The notes below the pieces were generated by a model, which saw only the letters and a list, made by a program, of their open reading frames with translations, ran no database searches and was not told the origin of the DNA. From contig NMRA01000193.1 in the NCBI GenBank assembly GCA_002633005.1, positions 666,071 to 730,070 on the forward strand: a stretch of DNA of 64,000 nt, in the 5' to 3' direction. Each line of letters begins with the position of its first letter. The first letter of the stretch is position 1. Made by a program: the position numbers and the translations under genes. Source of the DNA: Phoronis australis. Lineage: Eukaryota > Animalia > Phoronida. Below are positions 50,951 to 63,847 of the stretch, in pieces.

Positions 50951-52929
50951 TATAGAAGTTAAAGCATTGAACCATTCATTTATATCAGAAGTTTGTCGGA
51001 AACCGTTAGAAACAACCCAGCTTGGAATATAAAAATTGAAACATTTCCTGAACTGAGTTGTCTGCAACAGCTCGTCAGCTTCTCGATGAATTTCTTTAGT
51101 TTTTTTGGTCTATTTTCGTGTCTTAGCTTCTGGACTGTACATAACAACAGAAACATTTCCCTGTGTTGATCAGCATTGGAAAATAACGATGGAAACTGTG
51201 CTGATTTGCATAACTTGAGGTAAGGGCTATCGCAAAGGAGAGTTTTACGCCGCGGCCGGCGACATAGTTGAACGCTGCAAGGTGAGACGATTGCTTAAAG
51301 TAAAAAAACACATACTCGTTATAAGGTCTTGATTTCCTGTAAAGATCTTAGATATCAGGGTAGATATGCTGCATGCATCCATAAGGAAACGTTTTTTGTT
51401 GATTTGAATAAGATTTTGGCAGATTTTACTAGCCGGTGACCTTACTAACTTTGACCTATTTACGTGTATGATGACCAAGATTGAAACTTCAGCGAGGCCC
51501 AAAATAGCCGCCTGATCACCGTGCGTCGAAATTTTCATTAGTAAATCTTTTCTGTTTTTAGAGCAGTAAAACTGCTTTTACAGGAACGATGCCTTGAATT
51601 AATGATTTAGGTAACCCAAATGATTGAGCCCAATAAATTTTGGCGTTGTACACGCGAATTTACTCCACCACCAGACTGCACACCAACCGTGAAATATGGC
51701 TTCTACCGTGGTCCGTTTTGGCTCTACTTTATATCACACTTGAATACGTCACATATACAATGGCCATATTTTCATATATATGGGATAAATATAGATTATT
51801 ACATGGCGAAGTTGTTATCCACCGTTATCTAGAGCCCGAGTGGATTTTGGGGAATTATCGCCCTCGTTCAAATACTTTTGCATATCACGAATCTCGATAT
51901 AATAACACCCTGGTACAAACACGTACGTTGTATAACCTATATATACACATCGTGCCGTAATATCACTTATAACACACTTAATGCAAAATAGAACGTCGAA
52001 TTTCGTATACTACTAGCTCATTGCCACAATCTGTTAGACACCATTGCTGCACCGCAGAGCTTAGGACTTTCCTTGTTTAAGAGGGACTACCACGGACAGT
52101 TAAAGAGGCCTGGGGTGCAGAAAACTGAGCAGAGGAACTAGACATCTGACTCAAGTGTCCAGCAGTCTAACCCAGTGAGAGTCGACTGCACGACCCTGGG
52201 TAAAGCAAGTGGACACACCCTAGGTCACGCTGTCTCCTCTAAAGTGAGAGTCATTCACTCTGAATATTTGCAAGAACTTCTTGAAAAAATCGTGAGATTC
52301 ACTATTTTTTGAAAACACAGACGATATATAAACTCTTTCAAATTATCTGCCACGCGCATACACTCAAATAATTACCCAATAAACATAACCAAATGCGTTT
52401 AATAATATACTTGAATACTACACTAAGTTTGTAACTATTTTTAAACAGTTAGGACTTATTTCAAATGACCATGAGTCACACAGGTTTGTGCTTGGATTCG
52501 ACACTGTTTTGTTTACGTCAAAACTCAAAGGTAACATTTTCCATACAAAAATGCTACGTCTATGTCTTGCCACACCATAGAAATCTATAACCTTGGAATG
52601 CCAACTCCCGCACTTGAGGTATTTACTGCGACCCCAAGACAAGCCGCGAGAGATTGCACTGAGAATTTCCCTCTGCCTGTTCGACTGAGTTTTTGAAGGG
52701 CTAAATTCATTCTTTTATAAACAAATATATAGCGAATCCTGCAACAGTCTCAGGTTGATGACATGGGCAAAACCTCTTTGAAATTTCGTCAAAATGCCGA
52801 GGCTTGCCGAGCTTCTTACGGTCGTTGGTTTGTGTGTTCTTGCCGATTTGATGGCGATTGTTTTGGGTATGCAGAGTCAGCAAACCAAGTTCAACACTCG
52901 TCACTAGACTAATAAGTGTTGGACCTATA

Positions 52930-53945
52930 ACATCAGTAATCTGGAGTTTTGTATTCAGAGTTTTGTCAAAGAAACTAGCTTGCAGTTTCTAGGGCACCAA
53001 AATTCTTAATCGGAGTTCCACCATAAGCAGATAAATCAAAGTTGGGAGCAGGGAACAAGCTCACTGGTAATCCATTCTGATCAATGTTATTAGGGAATAC
53101 TTGCTTGAAAACACGAATATGCATGACATTCAGCTCTGTGCCTGTATCGAATTTACATCTAACCATGACGTTACGCCTTGTGCAGTCTGCATCATGAAGT
53201 GGACAAATGCCTCAGTTTTGTCTGCGATAGTGTCCAGTGTGTACACTTCGACTCCTCGATCAACGTTGTATACCTTGCGGGCACGTTGGGAAGGTTTGTG
53301 CGAGCTCTGATTTGTTTATAGGAGGCATAATTAATCTGTATGTTTCTCTATTTGCGTCTCAACAGACATTGGCAAATTGTCCCGTCATTTTGCAAAAATT
53401 GCAGACCAGTCCATACGCATGGCATGCTTCTTCCTCGCGTGCATGATGGCCACCAGAGTTGAAGCAGAAGGATTGTCTCGCCTTCTCTTTTACAGCATGC
53501 TTCTTTCCTTGGACAAACTGTTTAGGTTGAGCACCGGAAACACCGAGTACACCACTATTTTTATGTCCTGCATGTGCACCAGTGCAGTCTCATGGGCACG
53601 TATCATATTTAATACGCTATCTAACGTGAGATCTTCTGTGGCAATAGTATTTTCTGGGGTATCAACAATAAGCTTCCGAAGACATGTTGCTGCTTTCCCA
53701 TTAAAAGAAGTCCAATATAAACCTCGGCTTGCCAACAGAAGGATGACTGACCATCCGATTACCCACTGATGGTCAAAAGGGCATAACATCCTATCATGAA
53801 AAAGCGCTATTTTTGGCTTATTGGCTGCCTCGCTATCAGAGATGGAAGCAGCAGTTTCTGTACTTTCGTAAACATGCAGATACGTGATTATCTTGGAGAA
53901 ATATTTCTGTGTGTTGCTTCCTTGGCATGTTTCTGATACTATCCA
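52930..53945 (-). mobile_element. Gypsy-type LTR retrotransposon remnant (gag-protease)
   Basis: EDLTLDSVLNMIRAHE (gag), ACHAYGLVCNFCKMTGQFANVC (zinc knuckle) and KFDTGTELNVM..LSAYGG..G (aspartic protease). A PBS-like tagtatcagaa lies near 53932-53942. Stops and frameshifts are present. Confidence 0.75.
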
Positions 53946-54789
53946 TAGAACAATGGGGAGTGGCGAAAACGGCCCAGCGGAAAGGACGCACCTTGGCTAT
54001 ATTCCCTTCCGTGTAGCAAACGCAATGAGACTGTGTTCAGTGACGAGTTGGACCTACAGTACAATGTGTTTACTCCATGGAAGTGAAAACAGAGCCTAGG
54101 AGCAAGCATACTGCATGACCATTGACATTGGATAGCTAATCAACTGTAGTTCGTGTTTTATGTATTGATTTCATTTAATTGTTCACGTTTTGAAAAGTGG
54201 GGTAAGTCTGCACCTGGGTGAGGTTTTGGGGTACCCAGTACACTGCCTCAGACGTTTTTATCTAATCTTATGAAACATACTCACCCAAGAAACCCTACGT
54301 GCCGTCCACATACAGCTAGCGTTAGAAACAATGAAAATTATATAGATAACATTTTCAAGGAAGTCAGACGGCGTGCTGCATGAAATCGCCATTGTTTAGT
54401 TTTTGTCAAAGATCAGAGGTCACATGTTTCATACAAAGAAAATGTGTCTTGCCATGCCTAATAAGGAGACGTGCTTTGCCTTGTGGAAGAAAATCGAGGA
54501 AGTGAAGAGCAGTAGTTGGATCGTTTTTTTGGAAATTTGAAACTAAAAGAGATATGCATTGACACCTACAAAAATTCGAGATCTTTACCAATAAACCGTA
54601 AAAATACCCGGTGAACAGTTTGACGTCTTTTTAGTGGCCGAAACTACTTTTGAATAATATAATTTAGGCCTGTTTATGACTAAAGACTTAAAATTTGTAT
54701 AATTTAACATCAAAATTTGGGCTAAGTTAAAACAGAGTTCAGGTGGTCCGAGGCCTTTGGCGGTACATCAAACGTGCTTAGGCGGCAAG

Positions 54790-55100
54790 GCCGTGTCTAT
54801 TACACTAATTACCCGATAATGACTCATGGGGACCCGACATCCGTTTCCTCCATGGGCAAAATGTTCCAACCTGCCCGTTTGTTCAGAAAGATAAAAAGAC
54901 TTTTAAGCCTGGATGAACTAGCAAGATCAACCAGGCGGGTTATGTGTCTATCAAGTAGTAGTTTACGGTGTCTGTTGTAGACAGGGCAAATATCCACCAG
55001 ATGTTGAAAAGTCTCGGCCTCCAGGGTGTATGAACATGCCGTGTGGCCTGTAACGTTACTGTGCCGAGCTATGTCGGAGAGTTCAGTAATAACCTGGATC
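54790..55100 (-). mobile_element. 3' fragment of an I/Nimb-like LINE
   Basis: ACSYTLEAETFQHLVDICPVYNRHRKLL...LFIFLNKRAG is a typical LINE ORF2 C-terminal CCHC region. Confidence 0.55.
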
Positions 55101-55619
55101 ACCCGTCTTGACTCTGATAGCAAATCTATCTAAACACAGCAGTTAAGACTGAAGACAAAAATTCAGAGAAGATCGTTTCATGTACCTCAAGTCGGATTAT
55201 GATCGGTCTAAGTGGTTCAGAAATTTTGTCGGTTTTTGAGTCGGTGAGCACTCAAACTATCTTTTGCCACCTGTTGTGAATTCACAAAATTAAGTGACGC
55301 GGTTTTCAAGAATACTATTTGATCATGAATTTCTAAATGGAAATTTATATACATTTTGGATACCGTTAGGATCTTGTTTGTTTGAATACAATGTAGACCC
55401 TGGTGTGACCCGATTTCGGTTTAACTTAAGACAGAAAAGTTTCCTGAAACTACTTCCAGGTCACTATGTGTGATGGGGACGATTTCCACGAACCTTTGGT
55501 ATTCTTAGTAAGCCTGGATTGGTGAGTATGTATAGTTTTCGGTACTTAATTTCTTTTTTGGCTACTAAAATAACGTTCAATCACATTTTACTAATACCTC
55601 TCCCGTTCGCTTTAGTAGC

Positions 55620-56610
55620 TGTGAAGGCCGTTTTCTCTCCCCATGTACGTGTATATTTACATTGCTGGCGTTTTGGCCATGAACTGGAGCATGTCCATCA
55701 ATTTTCTTACGGTTGTAGAATTCTAGTACCGTTACCAAAAATCGCATCGAAGCCACCTCAGTGGCTCAATAAAACGCCTCGGAGTTTTATGGTTGTCCAA
55801 CCCCAAAGTTGTGACTTCGAAAATTGGGCATACATGGCCTGTGGCGCAAAGTTGCTGGCACATTCGGCATATGGAATCGAGATCGGATGAATGTTTATAA
55901 ACCCTGAAGTGCATCTGTTTACAATTCAACATTAGCAGCCGGCTAAATGTAACTTTAAAAATGGCTGGAATGAAATGGTTTCTTATAATGTTTATCATCT
56001 TTTTCCAACGCAAAGCATCTACCACACCCTCTTAATTCGAAAAACGACCGAGCATTGTAGTTAAACCTCAAGCTCACTTCTGTTTACGCAACTAATATGA
56101 ACTGGTGACACCAATGACCACATAGAGCGTCGGCGTCTTTTTTCCGTTTCATAAGCTGACCGAGCGAAAGTAATTATTACTGCAGGATCTTTACTCAGTT
56201 TAGCAAGTGTATTCATATTTTGTTGAGAACAGACGTTGACAAATTTGAGTTGCATTGCCCCCTAGTAGCCATTCTATTTTTCCAGTCTTCCTTTGTTTCT
56301 CTGAAGTTTCTAGACAGATTTTTATGGAAATTGGTAAATACTTTCTGTTAAAGAAATGATGATATGTTTCTGTTTTCGGATGGACTTGGCATATTTTGCG
56401 CCACTTGGTGACCATTTTATGATAGAAATAGACATCGCGAGAAGCGTGCCGTTTGCAATGACCAATTGCTTCGAAATTTTTCCTTTGATATTTTTGTAGA
56501 ATGCTATTATCAGTACTGCTTAACTGGAAGTTGTTTTCAAAATGGCGGCTCTGACGCATTTTCATCATTTTTTCAGTACTACTGGGGTGCCACAAGGGGA
56601 AGAGGAAATG
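55620..56610 (-). pseudogene. Possible decayed piggyBac-like transposase
   Basis: Scattered motifs W.P...MRQSRHFE...L.STDN, VVDALRWK and DGHAP; many disablements. Confidence 0.3.
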
Positions 56611-56635
56611 ACGTGAATTTTTTCATATGAAGTCG

Positions 56636-56954
56636 CGCTCGTCAGCCACCTTCCGGCGGTGCCACCTAAATTAATATAACTGGCCTTAGCTCATAGGCTG
56701 CCTTCCGGAGGGAATCCTATATTAATATCGGAAGGGCCCGATCTCTGGCCACCTATCGACGAGGCCCCAATATTATTATAGAGGGCCTTGCTGAAAGGCA
56801 GTCAAAAAGCGGGGTCCTTGATATTAATACACAGGGCCTCACCGGAAGGCGGCCGAAGAGCGAGGCCTCTATATTGATAAAGTTGGCTCCGCACATCGAC
56901 CACGTTTCGGCGAGGCCTTCTATATTAATATAGGAACCTCGCTTTTGATGCCCG
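56636..56954. repeat. 51-bp-period array of six palindromic dyads with an internally inverted block
   Basis: Dyad (a)ggcc..tatattaatata..ggcct with centres at 56670, 56721, 56772, 56823, 56873 and 56924. The ~23-bp linkers are related to each other, and two are in reverse orientation. Confidence 0.85.
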
Positions 56955-57151
56955 AAATTCAATTTTTTGCCCATGTCATTTTATTAAGAATAAGTCAGTT
57001 TCAATAATAAGCTGTTAATTTTGATCGATATATCCTGGTGAGCTTAGTTCACAGAGTGTGCATGATGCAAAATATTTTTCTCGAGTCCGAAGTTTCGCAA
57101 AGAACTGTCCAGTGTTGAGTTGTACCCATTGAGGACAGTTGAACAGCGTCG

Positions 57152-57975
57152 TCACCTTGGTAGAGAAACCATTGGTACAACTCTAGTGTCCATGAGGTGC
57201 TTTACACTTTTGGCCATTTTTATCACTAGAAAAAGTAAGGCCGCAGTGGTGAAAATACATGGCAGTAGTTTCAATGGTACGCCGGGAACACCCCTTTCGA
57301 AAGTCGATATAGATATACCTAGCCAGAAAGAGAACCAAACACAAGAATGTCCGTACAAAAACACAGTCCACTCGACAAAACGGGCCAGCTCGATGACACC
57401 GAAGACCATCATCTCGGTGCCCAGCAACCCGCAGAATAGGTATAATGCCAATGTCCGGTTCGTGGCGCCAAGATCCGTGTGTATGAACACGAGTAACGTA
57501 TTCCACGTGGATACACCGAGTCGTGCTGCTATAAGGGCAAACCCGTTCAGAATTACTAGCTGGAAAAACCACTTGTCTTTGTCGCTGACTGCATGTTGGC
57601 ATTCCGTTTCTTTCAGGTGAGCCACTCTCAGTATGATCGCTAACGCAGCACAGGAGGTAATATGAGCGAATCCTATGGCTAAAACAGCCCAGCCATCTTG
57701 ATCCATTCTCACTAGCTTCACCCACACGAGGCATAGTGAAATTGTAAAAGAGAACATACCGTGTGCTGTTCGAGGTATATATCCTGGATGGCGGTAAAAC
57801 CATCCTCCTTCTAGATTGCGTCTACACGTGCCTACGCAAGAGTACAGACAAATGAGTTCCACCGAGGCGATTACGAGGTAATTAAGAACGACGCTCACGG
57901 TATGAGGCAAGGGTAGGTTCATCCTTTGAACTTTAAGGTCAAGCAAGTCGGTGATAGACAACAGCTGCTCAGCTC
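57152..57975 (-). CDS. Uncharacterised multi-pass membrane protein, main/terminal exon
   Basis: Open 269+ codon frame with about 6 hydrophobic segments. Motifs CRRN..GW.Y..P..IP and LV.LNG.AL.A...VST resemble an uncharacterised animal TspO/MBR-like multi-TM family. Acceptor atattttcag|GA, phase 1. Confidence 0.75.
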
Positions 57976-59981
57976 CTGAAAATATCAGCTAAGTTTGCAC
58001 ATACATGTGTGTCTAATAGTCTACTCAGATGGTGGTATTGTTACAGTCATGTTGACATGCACGTTTTGTTTCGATGTTGTTTGACTCGACCAGCGTATTC
58101 GCCTCATCAAGATAGGCCCACGTCGTTTGGTGGGTGTTCTTCACAGTTTGATATTAACGCTGAAATTGTTTTCATGCTCAGTATTTTTGGTTTTTGGTCT
58201 TTGCCTATTGCAAATTTTCAAAAGAAAATGGGGTCACCGAATTACTGAGATTTCCCATAACATCCTTTAACTAAAAGTGCTTTCGCGTGTACCAAAGCTT
58301 TGGTAAGTCGGAAAGGTTAACTGCGGTTGTAAAAGTAGGGGCCTAGAAGTTGTTTTTAAGCTATTTAAGCGCATACGTCGTCATATTAGAATCCACTATT
58401 TGTCCTTCACAAAGGCGATCCAGTTTCAAAATCATGATCATCCCGATGGCGATTATGTTGTGTTGTGATTGTAGAATAAGCTAAGTTGGTGGGAACAATC
58501 TGAGACAAGAAGTTTTCTTTCACATATTTTGGTATTTTAAAAAGAATTTCCGAATGAATTAAATATGTCCTTAGATCGCCCACCCCAACGTCCCAGTCAC
58601 GACAATTTCAAAAAACACATGGAAGGATGACGTAATAAAGGTGCACTGGATATTTTTTGAGCCATGGTTGAATTTAGCCCTCCCAATTTCATTACAATTT
58701 GATGCCTGGTGGGGTGTCTGGGCAGTTCAGGCTCTGAGCTGCATGTGAATGCCACTTTTTGCTGAGCTGCAACTTTCTTAAACTTTACTGATTGCAAACG
58801 AGAAATTGAAATTTAGCGGGAAATTCAGGTACCCTTCAGACTATGGCATTTTCAAAAGTCTGGCTACTCGACACAAAGTTTTCACCTGATTTGTGGAATG
58901 TGGATATTTCTAGACCGGCTGCATTTCCGGTAGTGGTAAAAAGGGGGGGGGCTGACTTTGGAATCAGTTTCTGTAGACTTTGTGCAAGGTTTTTGAAGTC
59001 TTTAGCCCAATTGTACTATTCTAATTTTCAAGTTTTGTACACCCTGTGGTACAGACTGTTGGACATGAGTGAACCTGGTATTTCGAGCCTCATATCAGCA
59101 AAAATTGATGAGTGCCACCACATACGTCAACAAAACTGATTTCATTGGCCGCCTCCATTACTGTGTCATGGACTGCGGCGACACCTAGCGCGGTGTGTGG
59201 TCCGACAAAGTACCTGAGACGTCGACTACGATTGTCGATTTCTTTTTGTCAAATTCAAAATTGGGACCTGTTTTTGTTTGAAATACTGATAATAAAAATA
59301 TGAGAAGTGTATAGGCTTAGGCAAAATACAGTGTATAAGGAAAATCAAGAAAAAATCTGGTAGCGAAGCAAATATTAATTACGGGAAATACAGCACATCA
59401 TGACAAAAGGGGGACTCAGTATATTGTAATCAAAGGTGAGCAGGTGAAAGTAAGAAAGTAAGTGATCAGATGATGGGCAGGTACAGAACCTGCAGGATTT
59501 TGTCCAGGAGGTGGGGAGGTGATAGACATAAGATAGATCTGCAAAGGGAGAGGTAGGAATAGAAACGCTACATTTCTTTCCAACATAGGCATAGGAAGCA
59601 AGGGGGGCAGGGGGGGGGGGGCAAGCGCCCCTCAACCAAAAGTTTGGGGGCGGAGATAGCTTTCCGCCCCCAGTATTGCAGATGTTAATAAGTNAAAGTT
59701 TGGGGGCGGAGATAGCTTTCCGCCCCCAGTATTGCAGATGTTAATAAGTATCGATTAATTAACAATAAATTATCAAAACTTTCAGCACACCAACTTTGTT
59801 TTACAATAAAACATTTTATTGAAAAAATAACAGACTGTCTTTCCCCCAACCATTAAATGTCTAAAAACTTCCACCAGACAGTATTCGAACAGGGGTCTAG
59901 ATCTTTGTTCCAAAAATTCACACCTTCTACATTAGAGCAAGAGCTCCGTGCCCTGTTGCATGAAATAGTCCCAAGTAGCGT

Positions 59982-62470
59982 CTCAACTGAGTTGTCTAAA
60001 TCCTTTGCATAACTATTTTTTGCTCTTAACTCTTCTATGTTATATTTTTTATCATTTTGTCTTTATTACGAGCTTCTCTTTGACATGAAAGGTTTTCTAA
60101 TAGTATACCTACAAGCTGAGCCCTTAATTCACTTAAAACATTTTTAAAAGGACTTAGTCCTTAAACTGGGGGAGTTGCATGAAAAAATTCCACTTATTTT
60201 CAATAATATTGAGAATTCATCGTAGAGTTGACTCTCGATTTGTCTCAAAGCCACAAATTGACTTAGTGATGAAGAAAGGACAATCAGTGTTTTCACAAAC
60301 TCACAAATGGGCAGTACATTTAGTGAACTTTTGTTAGTCGAGTCTCTATTTGGGACTGTTTCATGCAACCGGGCACTGGATCCCCCTGCATTCGTGCCTG
60401 ATGGGATCTGAAACATGCGGGTAGCGACTTGGGGTGGGGTGAAATGAGTGAAACGGGGCGCCGAATGGGAGGGGGTTTTAAACCAGGAAGCATAAATTCC
60501 TGCCTGTAGTCCAGTAAACCTGTCTTGTATGCCGCCCCCAAAACAGCAGATACCTATTGAATGCAGGGAACATTTTGGATAATTTTTTAAAGTGCTTTCC
60601 AGCTCTTGTAAACGATTCACATTTTATCATCAAATCAACTATCAGCAGATAGTTAACCCCGGTTAATGGCAAATTCAGGCTACATCGGCCAACTTCAAAG
60701 TAAATAACATAAGGACGCCTTGTTTCCCGACGTGATGCTTAAAGACCCTTGTCAAAACAAAAATCTTAACAAACGACGCTGTCACTGAGAGTAGGTAATG
60801 CACATACAGTATGTACTACCGCAGTACCACCGATGTAGGGCTCATCATGCCTTTAAAAGAACACTTCCTTCAAAACTTGCTATGGTAAATTATCAGGCAG
60901 GTTACCAACCCATACACTTAAAAGTTATGATGCTCTAAAGTCTATACCACGATTGAAAATAAATGTGCACCTTGAACTGCAGTCAAAATTGCACAAAATA
61001 GCGATGCATCGAACGATCACAGATTCTGCAGGAACCATGAAGATTAGAACTACACGTTTAGAGCACGCAGGTCCTAGTCAAAGGTTATGTCACTGGGTGA
61101 AAGTCAAAGAAAATAATTGTATCTATAACTGCGCGAGGCATGAAACACAATGTGGCAAGGAATCCGACTTCACAGTATTAAGGGTTAATAACTATACAAT
61201 ATCGGGACACCAAGATGTTAGGTTCAAGAACACAATAAACATTGTTACAGTGGGCTACAGAAAGTATCGATGGCAGATAAAGCATTCACTCCTTGACCTA
61301 GGTGTTCCGATTAGAATACAGATAGACTGTCAATTGCCCAGGACAGTACACACGTAGAACACTCACTCACAACATATAACCCAGTAAATCTAAATTAACA
61401 ATTGGGAGTAGTGTTAAGGAAAATGTTTCGTCTGTCCACGAGCGGTTCACCATATTTGTTTTCTAAAGGTACATTGTACACATGTAGCCCAAGTCAACAA
61501 TTTGAAAAGACTAAGTTCGATATCACTAAAATAACCGGAATATGGGGTGGTCCTGATTAATTGGACCCTCTCCCCTGGATCCGCCTGTGCTCAACTGAGT
61601 TGTCTAATTCTTTTGTGTACTTGTTTCGTTGTTATATTTATATCATCATTACGAGCTCTTCTTTTGACTTAAGGGCTGCCTAATAATATAAATAAAACTA
61701 GGCCCTCAATTCAGTCCAAATATTGAGGGACTTGCGCGTAATGATCCCTACTTATCTTCAGTAATTTTAAGAGTTCAACATAGAAAACTTACATAATATG
61801 CACTGTAGATTTAGGGAACAGTAGAGCCGCTATTTGGAACTGATTGATGCAGCCGGGCACTGGACCCCAAGCATCCGTGCCTGTGAAGGGATCTGGAATG
61901 CCGGTTTGTGAATCGGAGTGGGTTGTGGTGAATGAAACTGGGACAACAGGGGTAGGGGGTTGAAAACCAGCAACAGACGGAATTCCTGTCTGCAGTCCAG
62001 TAAACCTGCCTTGTATGTCCCCATAAAACAAACAAAATGCTTATAGAATACACAGTGCATTTAGAGTGGTTGAATTACGTTGCTTTGGAGCTCTCGTAAA
62101 CCATCCACATTTTATTAAATTAACATCAGTTTGTTAAAGGCATATTGTGCCTACATCACCATGTAAAAATGGCCAACTTCAAAGGAAATAACATAAGGAC
62201 GCCTTATTTCCTAACTTATTGTTTTAAGACCCGTGTCAAAACAAAAATCTCAATAAACAACATCGTGACTCAGGTTTTCCAAGGTAATACACATAATACC
62301 GAAGTACCCACCGATGTAGAGCTCAATATGCCTTTAACATAACACTTCCTTAAACACTTCTTATGGCAAATTATCAAGCAGGTTACCAAACCATGTAATT
62401 AATAATTATTAGGCATTGAAGTACATGCCATGATAGAAAATAAATATGCACCTAAAACTGTAGTCAAAAA
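59982..62470. repeat. Old local direct duplication of ~0.9-1 kb (59982-60990 and 61590-62470)
   Basis: Shared blocks in the same order: ctcaactgagttgtctaa, ccgggcactgga, gtccagtaaacctg, ggccaacttcaaag..aacataaggacgcct, aaattatca.gcaggttacca and aaataaat.tgcacct. Confidence 0.88.
62134..62337. mobile_element. Kolobok-type MITE (TTAA flanks), also present in the duplicate at 60663-60856
   Basis: ttaaaggcatattgtgcctacatc ... gatgtagagctcaatatgcctttaa. Confidence 0.75.
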
Positions 62471-63489
62471 GCAATGCATCTCCGCCATATATCTCCATAA
62501 CACGCTTCGTTAAATTATCTTTTAGACCTAAATGTATTAAGACTGAAGAGAGAAATGAAAGACAGTGTTTAGAAGAATTTATGGGCTTAGAATAAACTAA
62601 TCGGTAGTTCCAAAAATCATGCAAACCACCCAGCCCATCACTGGTTGACTGGTAACAGTTAGGCGAAAAACATCCTTTGTTACAATCATGAACATCACCT
62701 ATCATAGTCAGTGAGGAAGCGAAAAAAGCAAAGTGAATTTCCATTCAACTGTTGCTGAAGCCGTAGGCAGTGCAAAAAGCACCGTTCCTATTTTGCCGAC
62801 CGAAGCCATCATGTCTTGCCGTATTTGTTACTAGCGAATGTACAAATCTCAATGCGCATGTCAAACACCAGTTCCTCTCTATTGCATTCTGGGATAGTAT
62901 GTGTGCCTAGCAGCAGCGTGAGATTTTCTATATACAGAAGAGATTATTATATTTAGCAACCGTTTTCAATTATTTCTAAGACTTGAAGAAATATGTTACA
63001 AATTATCAGTATCTTATAAAAATTATAATTTTAAAAAATTGTACAATCCAAGACATGCTTATACTAGTTTACCTGTTCCTGGTATCCAATCTCCGTGATA
63101 AGAATCATACTCAAACTCACCGCACTTCATTGCCGCCAATTTTTATAGTCCCTCTTACTGGCAAATGCTAATCCCATGTTGATGAGTCATTACAAGGGTC
63201 AAAAGCAGCTGTGGGGTGGGGATTGCCGTGATTGAAGTGCGTGTGCAACGGTTTGTTCGACATTAACGGTAGTCCGACTGCCCGGGACAGCAATTTGTTG
63301 GTCCGGACAAGCTCACGGCCGAGCAGCTTGTCCGACAGGACAAGTAAAATTTTTGGAAACTATAGTAAATTTGGACGATCAGAACTTCTTCGAAGCGGCA
63401 GGGATAACTCACTAGTTTAGTCATCAGTGTCGGTACTATGCGGTACATGGCAAATCGGCAAAGTGTTTAGATAATGCAGGAGCTCATGA

Positions 63490-63625
63490 CTGGACGCGAT
63501 CCAAGGCACTTGTATTCCAATAGTTCTAGCCAAATACACGACAGTACAGTATCTCACGTAATCTGGCAAAGTTTTGATTTTAGCTAGGTTCTAGCGTAGT
63601 TCTAAGCGTTTTGAACTCACGCCAG
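63490..63625 (+). mobile_element. ~150-bp MITE family, diverged copy 3
   Basis: tatctcacgtaatct..ttttagc and ctagcgtag..tgaactcacgccag match copies 1 and 2. Confidence 0.5.
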
Positions 63626-63669
63626 TTTTAGTGAAACCGGGACATTGCCTAACTATAGCGGTAAAATAC

Positions 63670-63847
63670 GTATTCTCATGCCCTTTATTGAAGGAGACAG
63701 GCTTGACAAGGATATCACGTCCGTGGCCAACCCTTCTGTGATTCCCCGTGACAGTACACGAAACATGACCACCATGGGCATTGAAATAAAAAAGACGTGG
63801 ACCACTGTGACTCCAAGTCGTCGCTGTACCCGTCTTGCTAAACGCAT
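63670..63847 (-). CDS. Candidate first coding exon of the multi-pass membrane protein
   Basis: MRLARRVQRRLGVTVVHVFFISMPMVVMFRVL.. is a basic N-terminus plus one TM segment. Its phase-1 donor C|gtattt is compatible with the phase-1 acceptor at 57975, but the donor is weak. Confidence 0.4.

Noticed and set aside
51123-51538. Short ORFs as receptor 5' exons
   Set aside because: No lectin cysteine pattern; RFLMDACSISTLIS looks more like a decayed retroviral-type protease.
56636-56954. CRISPR array
   Set aside because: Eukaryotic context, no cas genes, degenerate repeats, and spacers that are homologous to each other.
59638-59749. Perfect ~55-bp tandem duplication; a similar one lies at 49960-50110
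   Set aside because: In each case the second copy starts right after a single N, so these are probably contig-join artefacts.
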